In this document: positions 9,980-20,173 of the stretch, piece after piece
Numbering within the stretch: the stretch's first letter is position 1
Layout: each line of letters begins with the position of its first letter
Assembly: GCA_016928395.1 (NCBI GenBank)
Contig: JAFGKV010000186.1
Span: forward strand, 599-64,598
DNA from: Candidatus Fermentibacterota bacterium
Lineage (GTDB): Bacteria; JAFGKV01
Length of the DNA: 64,000 nucleotides
Reading direction: 5' to 3'
Translations under genes and position numbers: made by a program
Notes under the pieces: generated by a model
The model's database searches: none
What the model was told of the DNA's origin: nothing
The model's input: the letters and a program-made list of their open reading frames with translations, nothing else

Positions 9980-10792
9980 ATGAGGTTCTTGCTCTCTGTG
10001 GCCCTTGTGCTTGCGGCCGTCGGATCCGCCAATGCGGCAAACTGCAATGACATGCACATCATCGGCGTCACGACCGTGGCGTCCGACGGCACGGCCCAGG
10101 GCCTGTTCGACAAGATGCTCGGAGAGTCCATCTGCGTGCAGGTGCAGCTCATCGAGATCGACACCGACCTGCAGCTTGAGACTCCGGCCGACTACGATGT
10201 CCGCATACTTATCGTGGATTCAAACGGCGACACGGTCGAAACCTGCTGCTGGACCGGCGAACCCTCCCCGGGCAATTCCGTCCCGTTCTACATGGGCCCC
10301 CCGGGGTGGACCTGCTGCTATGCCCTGTCTCCCGATGATCCCATCGGCACCTACACAATCTATGTCGGTATCTTCGCTGACGACGGCAACTGCGAGATCC
10401 CGTGCGTTCCGGGAAGCTGGAACCATGCGGTGACCCAGGTCACCGGCGTGGTGCCCGTCGAGCTGTCGGCCTTCGAGGCAGCAGTCTCCGGTGCGACAGT
10501 CACGATTCGATGGGAGACCAGGTCTGAGAATGATAACCTGGGATTCTTCGTTCTCAGGTCATCCGGCACAGACGGCGACTATGTCCGCCTCGGCGAGATG
10601 ATTCCCGCCCAGGGGAGCTCATCAACCGGCGCCACCTACTCGTTCACCGACCGGCCGGGCACTTCCGGTGCCTACTTCTACCGGCTGGAGGATGTTGCCA
10701 CCGATGGCTTGACCACTCTGCACAACCCTGTCCGGGTCGTGACCGGCGACACGGCAACCTGGGGTGAGATCAAGGCATCCTTCGACAAGTAG
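9980..10792 (+). CDS. Secreted Cys-rich hypothetical protein with PVELSAF Ig-like domain and C-terminal TWGEIK motif
   Basis: AGGAGG RBS; signal peptide MRFLLSVALVLAAVGSANA; VPVELSAFEA...WETRSENDNLGF...YFYRLEDV; ends TWGEIKASFDK. Confidence 0.8.
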   Translation: MRFLLSVALVLAAVGSANAANCNDMHIIGVTTVASDGTAQGLFDKMLGESICVQVQLIEIDTDLQLETPADYDVRILIVDSNGDTVETCCWTGEPSPGNSVPFYMGPPGWTCCYALSPDDPIGTYTIYVGIFADDGNCEIPCVPGSWNHAVTQVTGVVPVELSAFEAAVSGATVTIRWETRSENDNLGFFVLRSSGTDGDYVRLGEMIPAQGSSSTGATYSFTDRPGTSGAYFYRLEDVATDGLTTLHNPVRVVTGDTATWGEIKASFDK

Positions 10793-10814
10793 AAATAACC
10801 GCGCCGAGTCCGAA

Positions 10815-10852
10815 GACCGGTGGCCCACTCCGGGCCGCCGGTCCTCCGTTTT
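10815..10852 (+). terminator. Probable intrinsic terminator between convergent genes
   Basis: 12-bp GC stem GACCGGTGGCCC/GGGCCGCCGGTC (one G-U pair) followed by CTCCGTTTT. Confidence 0.55.
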
Positions 10853-10937
10853 CAGCGGGGGAAAGGTACGGCCATTCAGCGCGTACCACCTTGCCCCCCA
10901 AGCCTGTGGCCTGTGGCTTCGCGTGGCGTTCGACCTC

Positions 10938-12680
10938 TCAGGGGCCGTCGTCCAGCGCCCATGAGGAGCCGCCCACGGGCTCCGTCGGCATGGACAGGCT
11001 GAGCCCCATCCGGGAGATCAGCGTGTAATACCGCTGCGACCCTCCACCGGAAAGTGCATTCACGTCAAGATACGATGTGGCCTGGATGGTCGTCTGCCCG
11101 GATTGTGGTGACCAGGGCGCAGTGTGCCACCGGAGCACATAGTCGGTTGCCGGGGGATCGGGCGCCCATGTGAGCAGGAGGTCATGGTCGTTCGGCGCGC
11201 TCACCGTCACCCACGCCGGCCCAGCCAAAGGCGGGGCGTCGCCGCGTCTGAACGAGAATACTTCTGCACCAACAAGACTCGATGCCAGGAACTCCTGGAG
11301 TCCCACACCGGGGGCCGACACCACGGCGCACGTCCAGGTAAGGCCGTCATTCGCTGGCGTCTGCGCTGGATCAGGCAGGTTCGCCCATCCCGGGGCAGCG
11401 CCTCCCAGCAGGGGCACCTGGAACGAGGTCACCGACGCAGGCCCGACCACCTCCCACACCAATGAATCCAGGCCGGCGCCCGAGCGATCTTCCAGCGTAA
11501 ACGAGGAGACTTCCCAGTCGGCAGCGGGAGTACCTGCCGCCTGGTACCCGCCAAAAGTGAACTCGTCCCCCGCGCGGATGAGATCCGGCGGCAGGTAGAA
11601 GGCTTCGAATAGGCGGGTTGCGCCAGGCGTCAGGGCAGTCCAGTCGAATGCTCCACCGCCCCAGGTGGGATGCTCCGAGGTGTCGGAGTATGCCACGCCC
11701 GAGTAGGCATCTAGGTCGGCAAACACGCCGGAGGCAGGCAGATATGAAAGGGACACCGTGGTGTCGATCCCCGCGCGGCACTGGACGCCGTGCAGCGGCA
11801 CAAAACGGTCCTTACGCGGACTGGTAGTCAGCTCGCCAAGGCAGGCCACATAGCCCTGGCTCCCCCCCGGCACTCCGCTCACTGTGACCTGTATGCCATG
11901 CACAAAGCCTGTGGTACAGGTGTGATTGATGACGGCGTCGCCCGAAACGGCGTAGTTGCGCGATGCGGTTCCACTCGTCGCGACAAGCTGGAGGGGATTG
12001 CCGGCGATGAGATCATCGACGCTGACCCGATACCCCAGACAGATCATATCCACGGTGCTCCCGGTGCGGAAGCGCTGGGTATACGGCTCCTTGAAGAAGT
12101 TCACTACATACATCTCTGTCTGACTCGGGATGTCGATGTTCTCAGGAATCGGGATATCGGCATTGACGGGCCACCCGATATGCATCGTGTCCATGAAGGA
12201 TGACATCAGGACGCCTGCGTCGCCGCTTAGAAGCTGCTCCGGAGCGATGGCGCCCATGACGATACCCATGTCCAGAAAACCGTCGGTGTTCACCAGGGGC
12301 AGCCCTCGCACGACGCCCGAGATCAGCGAAGTGTCCGGCCATTGTTGGACGACACAGGGATCGCACCACAGCGTCAGGGTGCCCACAGGACAGTCCAGCA
12401 CCGTGAGTCTCGCATACCCTGCGGGCGCCGCGGTCACGGAAAGCCCGGCAACCAGGGCCGGATCGCTCAGAACGACCAGTCCATCACCTCCGGTGATCCC
12501 CCAGTTGCCCGGGAAGGGATCATCCGGGGCGGCACCGATCTGTAGGTAGACCCCCGACAGCGGCTGGTCGGTCTGCCGATCCCGCACAGTCACGGTGAGC
12601 TGATCTGCCGAACCCGCCACGCACAAAGTCGCCAGCATCATCACCGCGAGGAATGGAATGCGGCAATCGGTCCTCATCAT
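10938..12680 (-). CDS. Secreted hypothetical protein with carboxypeptidase-regulatory-like N-terminus and FN3-like C-terminal domain
   Basis: AGGAG RBS before ATG 12680; signal peptide; LTVTVRDRQTDQPLSGV; C-terminus LLLTW...YVL...SYLD...YYTL...EPVGGSSW. Confidence 0.75.
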   Translation of the reverse strand: MMRTDCRIPFLAVMMLATLCVAGSADQLTVTVRDRQTDQPLSGVYLQIGAAPDDPFPGNWGITGGDGLVVLSDPALVAGLSVTAAPAGYARLTVLDCPVGTLTLWCDPCVVQQWPDTSLISGVVRGLPLVNTDGFLDMGIVMGAIAPEQLLSGDAGVLMSSFMDTMHIGWPVNADIPIPENIDIPSQTEMYVVNFFKEPYTQRFRTGSTVDMICLGYRVSVDDLIAGNPLQLVATSGTASRNYAVSGDAVINHTCTTGFVHGIQVTVSGVPGGSQGYVACLGELTTSPRKDRFVPLHGVQCRAGIDTTVSLSYLPASGVFADLDAYSGVAYSDTSEHPTWGGGAFDWTALTPGATRLFEAFYLPPDLIRAGDEFTFGGYQAAGTPAADWEVSSFTLEDRSGAGLDSLVWEVVGPASVTSFQVPLLGGAAPGWANLPDPAQTPANDGLTWTCAVVSAPGVGLQEFLASSLVGAEVFSFRRGDAPPLAGPAWVTVSAPNDHDLLLTWAPDPPATDYVLRWHTAPWSPQSGQTTIQATSYLDVNALSGGGSQRYYTLISRMGLSLSMPTEPVGGSSWALDDGP

Positions 12681-12690
12681 GGCGCGTCTC

Positions 12691-13893
12691 CTACCATCGG
12701 GACAGGTCGCCCTGGACCATATCGTACCGGCCGAAACCCGTACGATCCACGAAGACGAACTCTCGCTTGAGCGAGTGGTAGCTCCAGATCTCGTACGGCT
12801 TGTTGTTGCGGTCAAACGGATGGCGTTCGATATCGTCGGGAGGGCCGAAGCGGACATGGACCATTCCCATGTCCGTCTTCCACCCCTCTTCGAATGCTGA
12901 AAAGTTGTCGTTGGCATACATGATCCGCGCCTCGTACATTTCTACCAGTTCATTGCGGGGTGTCGACGGCACTGGATCGTGCTCGACCCAGTACGCGTGC
13001 CAGAACTCTGTCCGGTCTTGGGGCGCAAGCTTCTTGAATCTGCGTACCTCGTCCTTCTCGGCGATGTAGCTCAGGAGCCGGTGGGCATCATCATACCTAT
13101 TCACCATGGTCCAGATAGACCATGGTACTACCATGTGCCTGGCTGTCGTAGTGGGATCGTGCGTTCCCACGCTCATCTGCACTTGGTAGCTTCCTGCCTC
13201 CAGCCGGGTGACGCCAAGGAACATCTCAACCATGGTCAGTGCTCCGGAAACCAGAATACTGTCGCTCTGCTCTATCCTGCTCTTGCCCCGAGCATCGGAG
13301 ACCTCCACCCGCACGGGAAGCACGGTCTCGGAGGTATCTCCGAATGCATAAAGCTCCGCGGCCACCGTCAAAGCGCCGCATGGGTCAGGCAGCGTGTCGG
13401 AGAGTGCCTGCCGGTCCTCCATGCATCCGAGCAACATAAGAGAGCTGAGTTGCAGGCCCGACGATTTGGGAGGCTCCATCACCAGCGTCTGCTGACGCGT
13501 TCCGCTTCGCTTGTTTTCACGGTCTTCCATCGTGACGCTGACGACATAGCTGCCGGGCGGAAGTCTCAATCGGATCTCCTCATGGGCAAGCATATTGCGA
13601 GCATTGGTTTCGGCGAACGAGAAGACCTGAACCGCGCCGCTAAGATTCCCCGTGTGCACCCGTTCCCCCTTATCCGTTGCAATCCGGTATGAGGCGGTGT
13701 AGGTGGCGGTGAAGCCGTCCTCGCCCTTCACGAAGAGGAGTTCGTCATAGGCAAGGGAGATGCGTATCTTCGCGTAGGGGCCTTCCTCGGGTTCCCAATA
13801 GCTTGCAGCCTCCACTTGGAAGGGAAGGGAGGCAGGTTGAGACCACGCCCAACCGGCGTGTGTGAGGGCTGCGAGTATGATGAGTCGATTCAT
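12691..13893 (-). CDS. GWxTD domain-containing protein
   Basis: Signal peptide; FW...DPVPSTPRNE, YANDNF, EGWKTDMGMVHVRFGPPD, YEIWSY. Confidence 0.88.
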   Translation of the reverse strand: MNRLIILAALTHAGWAWSQPASLPFQVEAASYWEPEEGPYAKIRISLAYDELLFVKGEDGFTATYTASYRIATDKGERVHTGNLSGAVQVFSFAETNARNMLAHEEIRLRLPPGSYVVSVTMEDRENKRSGTRQQTLVMEPPKSSGLQLSSLMLLGCMEDRQALSDTLPDPCGALTVAAELYAFGDTSETVLPVRVEVSDARGKSRIEQSDSILVSGALTMVEMFLGVTRLEAGSYQVQMSVGTHDPTTTARHMVVPWSIWTMVNRYDDAHRLLSYIAEKDEVRRFKKLAPQDRTEFWHAYWVEHDPVPSTPRNELVEMYEARIMYANDNFSAFEEGWKTDMGMVHVRFGPPDDIERHPFDRNNKPYEIWSYHSLKREFVFVDRTGFGRYDMVQGDLSRW

Positions 13894-16187
13894 GAGTTCT
13901 CTCCTGGCATGAGACTGGTGTTGGGACGAGTGGATCCACCCATGAGCGCCGATGCGATGAGCCGAAGGGAGCCCAAGAGAATCCGCACGTCAGTGCCGAG
14001 GTTGATGCTGTTCAGGTACGCAAGGTCATACTTCAGCTTGTCTGAGGCTTCCGAATCATATCGCCCGTGTACCTGTGCCAATCCGGTGAGACCGGGCCTC
14101 ACCACAAGCCGCCGTTGATAGGCAGGGTCACCCCGGGTGAACACCTCCACGAACTCCGGTCGCTCGGGCCGTGGCCCGACGAAACTCATCTCTCCTTTGA
14201 GGATATTGATGAGCTGCGGAATCTCATCGAGATGGGTGCTCCTGAGAAATCCCCCGAAACGCACGATCCTCGGGTCGTCAGCAGAGGCCAGCACCGGGCC
14301 CGACTCCTTCTCGGCATCAGCAATCATCGTACGGAACTTCAGCAACACAAACTGCTTGCCTCGCCGCCCCACGCGAACCTGTCTGTACAAGGCCGGCCCG
14401 GGGCTTGAGAGCTTCGTGCTGAGCATCACCAGCGCACACACCCAAGAGGTCAGCAGGAGGCCCGCCCCGCTGGCCACTACATCCAGGCCGCGCTTGACCG
14501 TACGATACCACCCGGAGAGAGGATCGGTGGGCAGCTTGATCAGCGGCATGCCAGCCAGGTTGGTCAGCTCGACCCTGCCGATGAGGATCTCGTACAGCCC
14601 TGGCACGATGCTGACGCGTGCGCCTCGGTATTCGCAGCTGGCGATTACCTCAATGAGCCGGTGTGGGGGCCACGAGTCCACCGCAATGATGACTTCGGTG
14701 AGTGCGTAGCGATGCAGCACCGCTGCGATGCCATCGGCCTGGCCCAAGACGGGTGCCCCCACCGATTCGGGACCCGATGTAGAGACGAACCCCACGAATC
14801 GTGAGCCGACCCCGAGACGTCCCCCCAGTTCGCGGGCAAGCCTCTGGGCGGCATCTCCGGTGCCGATGATGCCGACGCGAACGACACCGCGTTTCCGCGT
14901 CGGCCGCGAGAGCAGTGCGGTTCGCACGACAGCCAACGGCGCGACTGCCAGGATCAAACCCAGTGCGAACACCGATCGGGGGAAGGGAAAGGTGAGCGTG
15001 GCGAAACGCCGCGACACGAAGTTCGCCAGCACGAACACGCCTGCAGCCACGGTGAGCGCTCGCGCCACCTGATATGCCAACTGCACCATGTCTCTGTCAT
15101 GTTCCTCGTCGTAGAGTCGCGCGCCCCACAGCACCAGAATCGTGATGCCCGTCAGCACGGGGGAAGCGTGGAGGAACGCATCGAAGTGAGGCTGGACCAC
15201 GCCCCCCAGTTTCAGGTAGAACGCCGCCACCTGGGTTAGGTTGATACACACTGCGTCCAGCGCCATGATAGCCAACACTCTGACAACCGGCGCAATACCG
15301 TCGATGATGCCCCTCGCCAATACCCCGAAGGATACGAGCCAGTTAAGCGGCCGGGCCAGCGTACCGGCGAAGTGCTTGTTGTGGAAGAGCAGCATCGCCC
15401 GGTGGAACTCGTACGTGCTGCGCAGCTTGTTACGCTTGCTCAGCCCGCCTTTGTAGTGGATAATCTCCGCAGCCGGGTTGTACAGCACCTTCCACCCGTG
15501 CCGCCGGGCGCGAAGACACCAGTCCAACTCCTCGCCGTACAAAAAGAACTGCTCATCCAACGCACCAACCGTCAGCAACACCTCCGGTCGGAACATGAGA
15601 AACGAGCCGGACACTGCGTCCACTTCGGTCTCCCTGGCATCATCCTTGAAAGTCAGGTTGTACCTGGCGAACCGAACGCTGGAGGGTCGAAGCTTCGCCA
15701 GCCCGATCATCCGATAGAACGCTACCGCGGGCGTGGGAATCGATCGCCGGCAGGCGAGCTGCAGGGTAAGATCGGGATTGAGCACGCGGCAACCCGCGAT
15801 GCCCGCCTCCGGATGGGCATCCATGAAGCGCACCATGTCCGATAAGGCATCACCCAGGACGCGGGTGTCGGGGTTCATCAGCAGCACGTAGCGACCTGTG
15901 CAGAAAGGGAACGCCTGGTTGTTGGCCCGGGCAAAGCCGACATTCTCGCTGTTGGCCAGAACGGTGACCTGGGGATAGCGTGTTCTGACCATGTCGGCGC
16001 TGCCATCCGTCGATGCGTTATCGACAAGGGTCACGTGCACGCTGATGCCCTCGGTGTGTCCGAACACCGAATCCAGGCATTCTTCCAGATAGTCGATTCC
16101 ATTCCAGTTGACGATGACCACGGAGAGATCAGGTGGCACGCCTGGGTCCGGCACTGGCCGCGCCTTGGGTGCCGCTGCATCGTTCAT
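13890..16187 (-). CDS. Fusion of a GT2 glycosyltransferase with a polyprenyl-phosphate sugar phosphotransferase (WcaJ/WbaP-like)
   Basis: N-terminal LSVVIVNWN, DNASTDG, LMNPD, YGEELDWC; TM block; IIGTG Rossmann-like domain; C-terminal KRGLD, KFRTM, HLDEIPQL, GEMSFVGPRPERP, PGLTGLAQ. Confidence 0.88.
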   Translation of the reverse strand: MNDAAAPKARPVPDPGVPPDLSVVIVNWNGIDYLEECLDSVFGHTEGISVHVTLVDNASTDGSADMVRTRYPQVTVLANSENVGFARANNQAFPFCTGRYVLLMNPDTRVLGDALSDMVRFMDAHPEAGIAGCRVLNPDLTLQLACRRSIPTPAVAFYRMIGLAKLRPSSVRFARYNLTFKDDARETEVDAVSGSFLMFRPEVLLTVGALDEQFFLYGEELDWCLRARRHGWKVLYNPAAEIIHYKGGLSKRNKLRSTYEFHRAMLLFHNKHFAGTLARPLNWLVSFGVLARGIIDGIAPVVRVLAIMALDAVCINLTQVAAFYLKLGGVVQPHFDAFLHASPVLTGITILVLWGARLYDEEHDRDMVQLAYQVARALTVAAGVFVLANFVSRRFATLTFPFPRSVFALGLILAVAPLAVVRTALLSRPTRKRGVVRVGIIGTGDAAQRLARELGGRLGVGSRFVGFVSTSGPESVGAPVLGQADGIAAVLHRYALTEVIIAVDSWPPHRLIEVIASCEYRGARVSIVPGLYEILIGRVELTNLAGMPLIKLPTDPLSGWYRTVKRGLDVVASGAGLLLTSWVCALVMLSTKLSSPGPALYRQVRVGRRGKQFVLLKFRTMIADAEKESGPVLASADDPRIVRFGGFLRSTHLDEIPQLINILKGEMSFVGPRPERPEFVEVFTRGDPAYQRRLVVRPGLTGLAQVHGRYDSEASDKLKYDLAYLNSINLGTDVRILLGSLRLIASALMGGSTRPNTSLMPGENS

Positions 16188-17689
16188 GGTGCCGCTCCCG
16201 GCCCGGGACGGCTCCTCGAAGCCAACCATGAGATCAACCGTCCGGCGTCATGCAAGGCCAGAGTCGGCTCGCCCCGCCATACCGCTACGCGTGACCGTAG
16301 CCGTTTCGCCACGCGCGGCAGGGCCGCGTTGTAGTGATGGAAGCGTGCGTGCATGGCGGACTCCACGGTTGAGTAGCTGACCCCGGGCGGCAGAATCATC
16401 CCTCTGTCATCGCGGATGAAGTAATAGTCGTGGGGGCTCATGCGGAAGTACGCATCCCGCGGCATGGTCTCCATCACGACACCCCTCTCCAATGCCCAGT
16501 CGAACAAAGCTGTCCCCGGGAACGCCTCATAGCCCGAAAGACTTGCAAAATCCGGCGCCAGCTCCCGCATAAATCTATCTGTCGCGTGGACATCTTCCAG
16601 GCTTTCTCCCGGTAGCCCCATCATGAAGTACGCAGTCCAATGCAGGCCAGATCTTCGCAGCATTGCCGCGGCATCTCGAATCCGAGCAGCGCTCAGCGAT
16701 CGATCAAGCCTCTGCATCATGGGTTCCGACCCGGTCTCTACGCCCACCTTGACTCCCCGGCATCCCAACCCACGCATCGCCGATAGCAGTCGCTCGTCAA
16801 TCCTGTCCACCCGGGTCACGCAGTCCCATGTCATGCCGCGTCGATGCAGAAGCTCGGCGATAGCCAGCGTCCGCTTCGCATCCAGGGTAAACACATCGTC
16901 TTTGAAGGCCACATGGCGAACACCCTGCCTCGTGATCTCGTCAAACTCTGCCTCCAGGACCTCCAAGGGGACCAGTCGCACACGCCGCCGCCACAGCCCC
17001 TTGGTGAAGCAGTAGGTGCAGCCAAAAGGACAGCCCCGCGACGTCATCACCAGGCCCAGATCCTCGCGAGAGTATGATCCCCGGACGAAAAGGTCGCGGG
17101 TAGGGTGCCCCAGGCGCTCGAGAGCCGCCGGGGGGACCTCGGTGATGCAGTTACCGGTCCTGGTCACCAGCCCCGGTGTCTCCCTTCCCAACGTCTCAAT
17201 CGCGGCACGGTCTTCTACCAGGATCGTTCCCAATACCGGCTCACCCTCCCCTACAACAACCCCATCGACTTCAGGAGCGTTCTCCAGAATCTCCATGGGC
17301 CGCACCATGGCGTGGGGGCCTCCCACGACGATGGGCACGTGGGGGAGCCTCGCGCGTACCCTCGATGCAACCTGCATCACCGAGGCCATCTTCGCGGTCA
17401 GCGCCGAGATGCCAACCCACTGGGGCCGGGTCACGGCCAGGGTATGGTCAAGCTCCTTCCAGATGGGGGATCCCTCATCGGCGACCCCTGCGGAGTAGTC
17501 GGGATAGCGTCGAGGTAAGCCTTGGTAGTCGACGCCTCGAGCGCGAGCATCGTGGTCGGCGTCGTAGACCAACGGCTCGTGGCCCAAGGCGCGGGCGTGA
17601 GCCGCAAGGGTGGCCAGACCATACGGGAAGTAGCGGGTGAGAAAGCCCATGAATCGGTAGAACGGAGGGTCTATCAGCAGGATCCGCAT
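16184..17689 (-). CDS. B12-binding domain radical SAM protein
   Basis: MRILLIDPP, VGISAL, VVGGPHA, SRGCPFGCTYC (CxxxCxxC), FKDDVF, GVETGS, FMMGLPGE. Confidence 0.9.
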   Translation of the reverse strand: MRILLIDPPFYRFMGFLTRYFPYGLATLAAHARALGHEPLVYDADHDARARGVDYQGLPRRYPDYSAGVADEGSPIWKELDHTLAVTRPQWVGISALTAKMASVMQVASRVRARLPHVPIVVGGPHAMVRPMEILENAPEVDGVVVGEGEPVLGTILVEDRAAIETLGRETPGLVTRTGNCITEVPPAALERLGHPTRDLFVRGSYSREDLGLVMTSRGCPFGCTYCFTKGLWRRRVRLVPLEVLEAEFDEITRQGVRHVAFKDDVFTLDAKRTLAIAELLHRRGMTWDCVTRVDRIDERLLSAMRGLGCRGVKVGVETGSEPMMQRLDRSLSAARIRDAAAMLRRSGLHWTAYFMMGLPGESLEDVHATDRFMRELAPDFASLSGYEAFPGTALFDWALERGVVMETMPRDAYFRMSPHDYYFIRDDRGMILPPGVSYSTVESAMHARFHHYNAALPRVAKRLRSRVAVWRGEPTLALHDAGRLISWLASRSRPGPGAAP

Positions 17690-18585
17690 GCCAACCTCGG
17701 CGACAGGCAGGCCTTGAGCACCGCCATGTGCTCGGCGCGATGGGCGCCAGGCATGGACACCAGTGAGTAGCCGCACAAGAGGGCACGAACCCCCGACCTC
17801 TGAAATGCATTGCCGTGGCGCTGGAAGTAGCGAAGCGCACTGATCGCCCGATGGCGATGGGCCCGGGCCGTCCGACTCGGCGCGCTGCCTCCAATGACGT
17901 GTCCTGCCGTGGCCGTGGGTGTGAACCCTACGGCCCAGCCCGCGTTCCACAACCGACGGCACAGATCCTTTTCTTCGTAGTAGAGGAAAAAACCCGGGTC
18001 AAGGGGACCGGCATCGAAGAGGGCTGCGCGACGAAGCATGAAACAGGCGCCGCTCACCATTTCGACCTCCCGCTCGACCGTGTGGGGATCAAGCTGGCCA
18101 AAGACGTCGGCCAGTTTGGTTCGGCCCAGCGCACGCTTTGCGGCCGGCGGCACCCTTCCCGCTACGCCCAGAAGATGCCCGGCGAGCTGCACGAGAGTTG
18201 GGAGCCGGTAGCTGCTGGTCTGCAGGGTTCCGTTCGGATTGCACAGTCTAGGCCCCGCCAGGGCCATACGGGGGTGGCGGAGCAGGAAGGCAACCAGCGC
18301 TCCGACAGCACCGTCACCCAGTGTTGTATCCGGGTTAGCCACGAGGAGGAATTCGTTATCCAGTAGTGCAAAACCACGGTTCACACCCCGCGCAAACCCC
18401 AGGTTGCGGCAGGGCTCGTCCCAGACCACCGAAGCGCCGAAGCCGGCTTTCAGATTCATGGGTACCGGGTGGGAGTCATGATTGACCACCACCGTTCGAT
18501 GCACCTGGGGAACCAAGGCACTAAGGCACCTGAACAACAGGTCGAAGGAACCATAGTGCACCACCACGGCCCCGACATTCAGCAT
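17674..18585 (-). CDS. GT2 family glycosyltransferase
   Basis: NLGFARGVN, ANPD, VSGACF, FFLYYEEKDLC. Confidence 0.87.
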   Translation of the reverse strand: MLNVGAVVVHYGSFDLLFRCLSALVPQVHRTVVVNHDSHPVPMNLKAGFGASVVWDEPCRNLGFARGVNRGFALLDNEFLLVANPDTTLGDGAVGALVAFLLRHPRMALAGPRLCNPNGTLQTSSYRLPTLVQLAGHLLGVAGRVPPAAKRALGRTKLADVFGQLDPHTVEREVEMVSGACFMLRRAALFDAGPLDPGFFLYYEEKDLCRRLWNAGWAVGFTPTATAGHVIGGSAPSRTARAHRHRAISALRYFQRHGNAFQRSGVRALLCGYSLVSMPGAHRAEHMAVLKACLSPRLACGSC

Positions 18586-19223
18586 GGCAGTCTCCGGTAG
18601 CGAATCCGGTAGAAGAGAGTCTTCACCGTCTCATTGAAGACCCGCACCAATCCATCCTCGTTCTGCCACCATGGCTGATAGTCCACCTCCGGTACGGGCG
18701 CGGCCGCCACATGAACGACGATTCCCCTGGATTCCAGCACTCGGCCGAGTATCCAGCGTGACCGGGCGCTATGATAACTGGAGGTGACGAAAATGAGCCT
18801 TCGAAGCCCTCGACCCCCGGCCCAGGCCGCCGCGGCCTCTGCTTCGTCCAGGGTGCTTGCCACGGGACCGGGCAACACGACAACGCATGAATCGGCTATC
18901 CCCAACGTGGACAGAATGCCGCAGGCGATGACATCCTCGGGAGGAGCCAGCCCCAACCTGACCACGGCGCTGCTCTCAGGCCTTGCCATGGCAACGATGG
19001 GGGCGCGCCCCTCCCGCATGAGCGCTGCCGCATAGGCGGTGCGGGGAAGCACCTCCCCCAGCAGGATAAACACTGCATCCGCCCGTGCGGGCAGCTGTTC
19101 CCAGTGCTGGAGCCGTTCTCCCCAAAGCCGCAGCAGGTGGTGGGGCCGGTAGGCCAGATAGACGCACAGGCCGAGGGCAACCCCGGCGAGAAGCGAGAAT
19201 CGCACCGGTCGGGGTGCAGTCAT
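18579..19223 (-). CDS. YdcF/DUF218 family protein
   Basis: N-terminal TM helix, ADAVFILLG, STLDEA, VTSSYHSARS, WWQNE...ETVK. Confidence 0.82.
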   Translation of the reverse strand: MTAPRPVRFSLLAGVALGLCVYLAYRPHHLLRLWGERLQHWEQLPARADAVFILLGEVLPRTAYAAALMREGRAPIVAMARPESSAVVRLGLAPPEDVIACGILSTLGIADSCVVVLPGPVASTLDEAEAAAAWAGGRGLRRLIFVTSSYHSARSRWILGRVLESRGIVVHVAAAPVPEVDYQPWWQNEDGLVRVFNETVKTLFYRIRYRRLPC

Positions 19224-20173
19224 CCCAGCTTCCCGACGGTCACCGGCCATGGCATGAAGCCAATCACCATCCACGGAGCAATGCGCCGGGCGAACAACCC
19301 CAGCCGAGGCGTCCTCCGGTGCAGGGAGGGGCGGACCCGCACCGCCGCACACTTTGCCCGAGACACCGCGCGCCCGCGTCCCGCTGCGATGTGGCGGAGT
19401 AGACTGGCTATCTGGTAGCACCCATGCAATGGTCCCAGCGCAGGCCAGAGCACCCAGGGCGTATTGTGCCAAAACGCCCACTCCAGATTCCGTTGCGCTA
19501 GCGACAAAAGCAGGCCGGGCGTACGGCGCAGCGTTTGCCCTCCCAGATGCTCCACCACCGCACCGGGATGCAGCAGGCAGGAGTAGCCGGCATACCGCAG
19601 GCGCAAGGCAAGGTCAATGTCCTCGTCTTGCGCGAAGTACGCCCGGTCAAAGCCCCCCACTTCCATGAAGGCGTCTCGGCGGTAGATCGCTGCCCCGCCG
19701 CTGGCTCCGAAAACCTCCACGGCGTGGGGGGGGAGTTGGCAGGTCAACCGCCCCTCCATGCATCTGCGCCCTACTCCCCAGATGGTCCAGCGCAGGCCAG
19801 CTGACTCAACTACCCCTTCGGGCGAGAGAATCACCGATGCACACGAGCCGACAGCATCCCACCCAAAGACCGACTCCGCCGTTGCCAGCCATGCCTGATG
19901 TGGCCGTGCGTCATTGTTCAAGAAGGCGATAAGGTCAGCGCAAGACGCCTCGGCCCCCGCCTGCGCACCTCCCGCAAATCCGGCATTGGTGGAAAGCCGT
20001 ACCACTCGAATACGGGGATACTCTGAGCCAAGCCACGCGTCGGTCTCGTCGGTCGAGCCATTGTCCACCACCACGATGCCGTCAGCGACCCGTGTCTGGG
20101 CGGCCAGCGCATCCAAACACGACCCCAACAGGTGCCTGCCGTTCCACGAAGGAATGATGACGTCGATTCTCAT
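19220..20173 (-). CDS. GT2 family glycosyltransferase
   Basis: IIPSWNG, VDNGSTD, NAGFAGG, FLNNDA, FAQDEDIDL. Confidence 0.87.
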   Translation of the reverse strand: MRIDVIIPSWNGRHLLGSCLDALAAQTRVADGIVVVDNGSTDETDAWLGSEYPRIRVVRLSTNAGFAGGAQAGAEASCADLIAFLNNDARPHQAWLATAESVFGWDAVGSCASVILSPEGVVESAGLRWTIWGVGRRCMEGRLTCQLPPHAVEVFGASGGAAIYRRDAFMEVGGFDRAYFAQDEDIDLALRLRYAGYSCLLHPGAVVEHLGGQTLRRTPGLLLSLAQRNLEWAFWHNTPWVLWPALGPLHGCYQIASLLRHIAAGRGRAVSRAKCAAVRVRPSLHRRTPRLGLFARRIAPWMVIGFMPWPVTVGKLG

